24,000 nucleotides of DNA from Candidatus Heimdallarchaeota archaeon (lineage in GTDB: Archaea; Asgardarchaeota; Heimdallarchaeia; JABLTI01), in contig JABCTZ010000019.1 in the NCBI GenBank assembly GCA_018238155.1, positions 138,975-162,974 on the forward strand. Direction: 5' to 3'. The position numbers and the translations under genes are program-made. The number at the start of each line of letters is the position of its first letter. Position 1 is the first letter of the stretch. Positions 21,340 through 24,000 of this stretch are shown one piece after another. The notes under the pieces are model-generated. The model did not search any database. It was not told the DNA's origin and worked only from the letters and a program-made list of their open reading frames with translations.

Positions 21340-23544
21340 TTATGTCTTCTCCTCAGCTATGGCATCTAAAGCTCCAGCTTTATTGTTTCGATAATTATCG
21401 ATGACTTCATCGGGTGTTCCTGAACAATTTAGCCAATTAGGGCAAATTGTAAATGGCTTTTTTCCTTTCCTTCTAATAGTTAGCATTGGAAAACTACAAT
21501 GTTTACAATTTTTCTTAGCTGGTGCAGCATAACCCTTCTGTGGTATGGGTGCACTCCAATCACACAGTTTTTTATAAAAACCTGTACAACCTACAAAACG
21601 TTTTTTCGTTCGAATTGAACGAGTAATTATTAATTCTCCTTGTTTACAAACAGGACATTTGCCAAGAATACGTTGTCTTTGCTTTAAATTCTGCACTTGT
21701 TCTTCTAAAGTAACGCCAATAATTTTCTCTTTTTTATGGAACTTTTCTAAAATTTTCTTTAATTGTACTATAGATTCCATTAATACGGCTTCTCGAGATC
21801 TTTTACCCATTTGAATATTTTCTATTTCTCTCTGAAGCTTTCTGGTTAATTCAATGGAAATAATATCTGGTGAATTTTTCTCAAGAGTATCTATCACTGC
21901 GAACCCCAAATCTGTTGCATTGATACTCTCATCTTCAATGTATCCTCTGTTGTATAATATATCAATGGTACTTGCTCGAGTAGCTTTTGTTCCCAAATCT
22001 TGTTCTTCCATTTTTTTCAAAAGGGAGTTGGGATTATATCTTGCAGGTGGTTGAGTATAACTTTGTTTTTGGTTAATATAAGCTAGTTTCACCACATCTC
22101 CCACAGCTAAATCGGGAAGCTCCACTTCATCGACTCTTCCAAAAGGAGAGTAAAATTCAAGCCAACCTTTTTTGAGCACCTTCATTCCACGAAGATAGAA
22201 CATATGCCCATTTATGATAAGATCTAACCGAAGACCATTTTTAATTGATGGGTCACAAAAGATAGCTAAATATCTGCAAACAATTAGATTGTAAAGATTT
22301 CTCTCTTCATTTCGTAAATTTCCAACCAATTTTTTGCCTGTTGGATGAATTGGAGGATGAGCTAAATCTTTCTTCTTCCCAAAAGTTGGAGATAATTTAC
22401 TTTTGGCTAGAAGTTTGTTTGCTCGAACCCTATATGAATCACTTTTAGTTAGTTGGGTTAAAATATCTCTATGATTGATTGCAGAAGTAAATTGTTGACT
22501 ACTTGTTCTAGGATAAGAGATTAGCGCATTTAGATATAATATTTCAGCAGTACGCAATGTTCTGCTTGGAGAATAACCAAAGTGTCGGTAAGCTTCTGAT
22601 TGTAAAGTTCCTAAATTGAAAGGTGATGGAGGTTTTTGGGTAATTTTCCGCGATCCAATTTCTTTAACTATCCCATCATGACCTGTTGTTTCTGTAACTA
22701 ATCTTTCAGCTTCATTTAGAGATGGCAGAAATTTCTTACAATATTCAATAGAAATCTCATCTCCATTTAAGTCTATTTTTGCATCTATAGACCATCGTGG
22801 AATTGGGACAAAGGTTTGAATATCTCGTTCTCTATCTGCAACAAATCGCAAAGTAGGTCCTTGTACTCTACCTGTAGTAATAAGTTTGTATCGACCTGTA
22901 GCATGTTTAATTGACAAAGTAAGAGCTCGTGTGAGGTTGATACCAAAGAGCCAATCGATTTCATGTCGAGCAAACCCCGCATTAACTAAATTGATATTTA
23001 CAGTAGGATCACGCTGCTCAAATGAGTTCACAATATCATTTTTTGTTAATGTTGAGAATCTCATACGTTTAACGTTTGCTAAATCTTGACCACACGCAAA
23101 TTTGGCAATAGTTGCACCAATGACTTCACCCTCAAGATCATAATCCGTGGCAATTATTACATTTGAAATCTCTTTGCCATATTTCTTGAAGGCAAGAATG
23201 AACGGTCGAGTTTTACTTTTTTCATTTGCAAGATAAGATGGGGTCCATTTGTAACTAAAAGCAGGATAATGCCATCCACCTGCAGAATCTTCTACTGTAG
23301 AATAAAGATGACCAAGTGCAGGGATAGTAATGATTCTGTCACCTTTTCTCATGCTTTCCCAAACAGGTATTTTGCTAAAATTTCTTGGAACGGGTAATTT
23401 CTTAGGTTTTCCTTTTTCATCTAGAGCTGTTGCGATTCTTTTTGCTGCTGTTGGCTTCTCTGAAATACAAAGATAGTCTGTCAATTCCCATCCATCTCTC
23501 AAGTGTTTTCTACTGTATAATCTATTTTGAATAATAAAAATCAT
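21340..23544 (-). CDS. topA: DNA topoisomerase, type IA (archaeal TopA-like) with C-terminal zinc ribbons
   Basis: 734 aa. Toprim motifs are ISEKPTAAKRIA (catalytic Glu) and ATDYDLEGE. The active-site tyrosine motif is LISYPRTSSQQ. C-terminal Cys clusters include CPVCKQG...GCTGF..LC and CKHC...CPNWLNC. An alternative TTG start exists at 23484. Confidence 0.93.
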   Translation of the reverse strand: MIFIIQNRLYSRKHLRDGWELTDYLCISEKPTAAKRIATALDEKGKPKKLPVPRNFSKIPVWESMRKGDRIITIPALGHLYSTVEDSAGGWHYPAFSYKWTPSYLANEKSKTRPFILAFKKYGKEISNVIIATDYDLEGEVIGATIAKFACGQDLANVKRMRFSTLTKNDIVNSFEQRDPTVNINLVNAGFARHEIDWLFGINLTRALTLSIKHATGRYKLITTGRVQGPTLRFVADRERDIQTFVPIPRWSIDAKIDLNGDEISIEYCKKFLPSLNEAERLVTETTGHDGIVKEIGSRKITQKPPSPFNLGTLQSEAYRHFGYSPSRTLRTAEILYLNALISYPRTSSQQFTSAINHRDILTQLTKSDSYRVRANKLLAKSKLSPTFGKKKDLAHPPIHPTGKKLVGNLRNEERNLYNLIVCRYLAIFCDPSIKNGLRLDLIINGHMFYLRGMKVLKKGWLEFYSPFGRVDEVELPDLAVGDVVKLAYINQKQSYTQPPARYNPNSLLKKMEEQDLGTKATRASTIDILYNRGYIEDESINATDLGFAVIDTLEKNSPDIISIELTRKLQREIENIQMGKRSREAVLMESIVQLKKILEKFHKKEKIIGVTLEEQVQNLKQRQRILGKCPVCKQGELIITRSIRTKKRFVGCTGFYKKLCDWSAPIPQKGYAAPAKKNCKHCSFPMLTIRRKGKKPFTICPNWLNCSGTPDEVIDNYRNNKAGALDAIAEEKT

Positions 23545-23673
23545 ACATATAAGCTAATAATAAACCATTTGTTCTTCAAATCAAATAACATCATAAATTG
23601 ATTGTTAATTTGATTACAAGAAAGTTTTTTTTGGAAGAGATATCTCATTAACCACTAAATGGAGAAATGTTAG

Positions 23674-24000
23674 TTGACTGATAAAATTGCTTATTTGGAC
23701 TACAAAATATTAGAGAATTTTATGATCGATGTATTCAAAGGAATCGGCGTTCCTGAAGATGATGCGAAGATTTGTGCTGAAATATTAATTATTTCTGACC
23801 TTCGAGGTATAACTTCTCATGGCGTTCAGAGGTTAAAAATGTATTATGATCGAGTAACAGCTGGCATTCAAAAACCTGTTACCGAAATAAAAATTCTGAG
23901 TGAAGCACCTTCAACAGCTTTAATTGATGGAGGACACGGAATGGGTCACGTTGCTGCATACAAAGCTATGGAGATTGCTATTAAGAAAGCTAAAGAAACT
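23674..24000 (+). CDS. Ldh_2-family (malate / L-lactate / sulfolactate-type) dehydrogenase, 5' part only
   Basis: Absent from the ORF track because it runs off the window. Hand translation from TTG at 23674 (a TAG stop lies immediately upstream; an in-frame ATG is at 23722) gives TDKIAYLDYKILENFMIDVFKGIGVPEDDAKICAEILIISDLRGITSHGVQRLKMYYDR...GGHGMGHVAAYKAMEIAIKKAKET. This is the typical Ldh_2 N-terminus (ADLRG-x-x-SHG, G-x-G-x-G). Confidence 0.85.
   Translation, partial: MTDKIAYLDYKILENFMIDVFKGIGVPEDDAKICAEILIISDLRGITSHGVQRLKMYYDRVTAGIQKPVTEIKILSEAPSTALIDGGHGMGHVAAYKAMEIAIKKAKET

Noticed and set aside
23575-23632. 8-bp inverted repeat AATCAAAT ... ATTTGATT in the topA / Ldh_2 divergent intergenic region
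   Set aside because: The arms are A/T-only and about 30 nt apart in an AT-rich spacer, which is expected by chance, so it was not reported as an operator.
1-24000. Searched for CRISPR arrays, IS elements, transposases, integrases and rRNA
   Set aside because: No regularly spaced direct repeats, no terminal inverted repeats flanking an ORF, and no recombinase-like ORF (no R..H..R..Y or DDE-type candidate among the ORFs) were seen. The only mobility-related signal is the tRNA-fragment repeat reported above.

Overview
AT-rich window (about 30% GC by eye) that looks like archaeal chromosome. All family calls rest on motifs I recognise by eye, since no searches were possible. Archaeal signals are an intron-containing tRNA-Ala, a tungsten-type aldehyde:ferredoxin oxidoreductase, a type IA topoisomerase with C-terminal zinc ribbons, surface proteins rich in N-glycosylation sequons, and oligo-T terminators. 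An AT-rich Asgard-like lineage is plausible but unverifiable here. Nearly all genes lie on the minus strand. Left to right: a partial cysteine-rich CxxCxGxG zinc-finger protein, a 105-aa hypothetical, tldD-pmbA (+ strand), a PRC-barrel protein, AOR, an SCP2-domain protein, and an EamA/DMT transporter. Next come a 1196-aa protein with a TrmB-type winged-helix N-terminus and about 1100 aa of helical sequence, and tRNA-Ala(CGC) (+ strand). A tight four-gene operon follows: secreted acidic protein, membrane-anchored glycoprotein, 10-TM double-FtsX permease, tandem-NBD ABC ATPase. The window ends with a PfkB kinase, a small zinc-knuckle protein abutting topA, and a partial Ldh_2-family dehydrogenase (+ strand). 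Three observations stand out. (1) The ABC/FtsX/surface-protein operon is bracketed by the tRNA-Ala 3' end and a same-orientation, degenerate tRNA-Ala 3' fragment 7.3 kb away, which is the footprint of an integrated island, although no integrase is present. (2) That operon encodes a MacB/FtsX-type (type VII, mechanotransmission) ABC machine fused into two internally duplicated polypeptides, next to two candidate extracellular clients. (3) The giant DNA-binding-plus-helical-array protein has a palindrome over its own promoter region. No CRISPR array, transposase, integrase or rRNA was seen.
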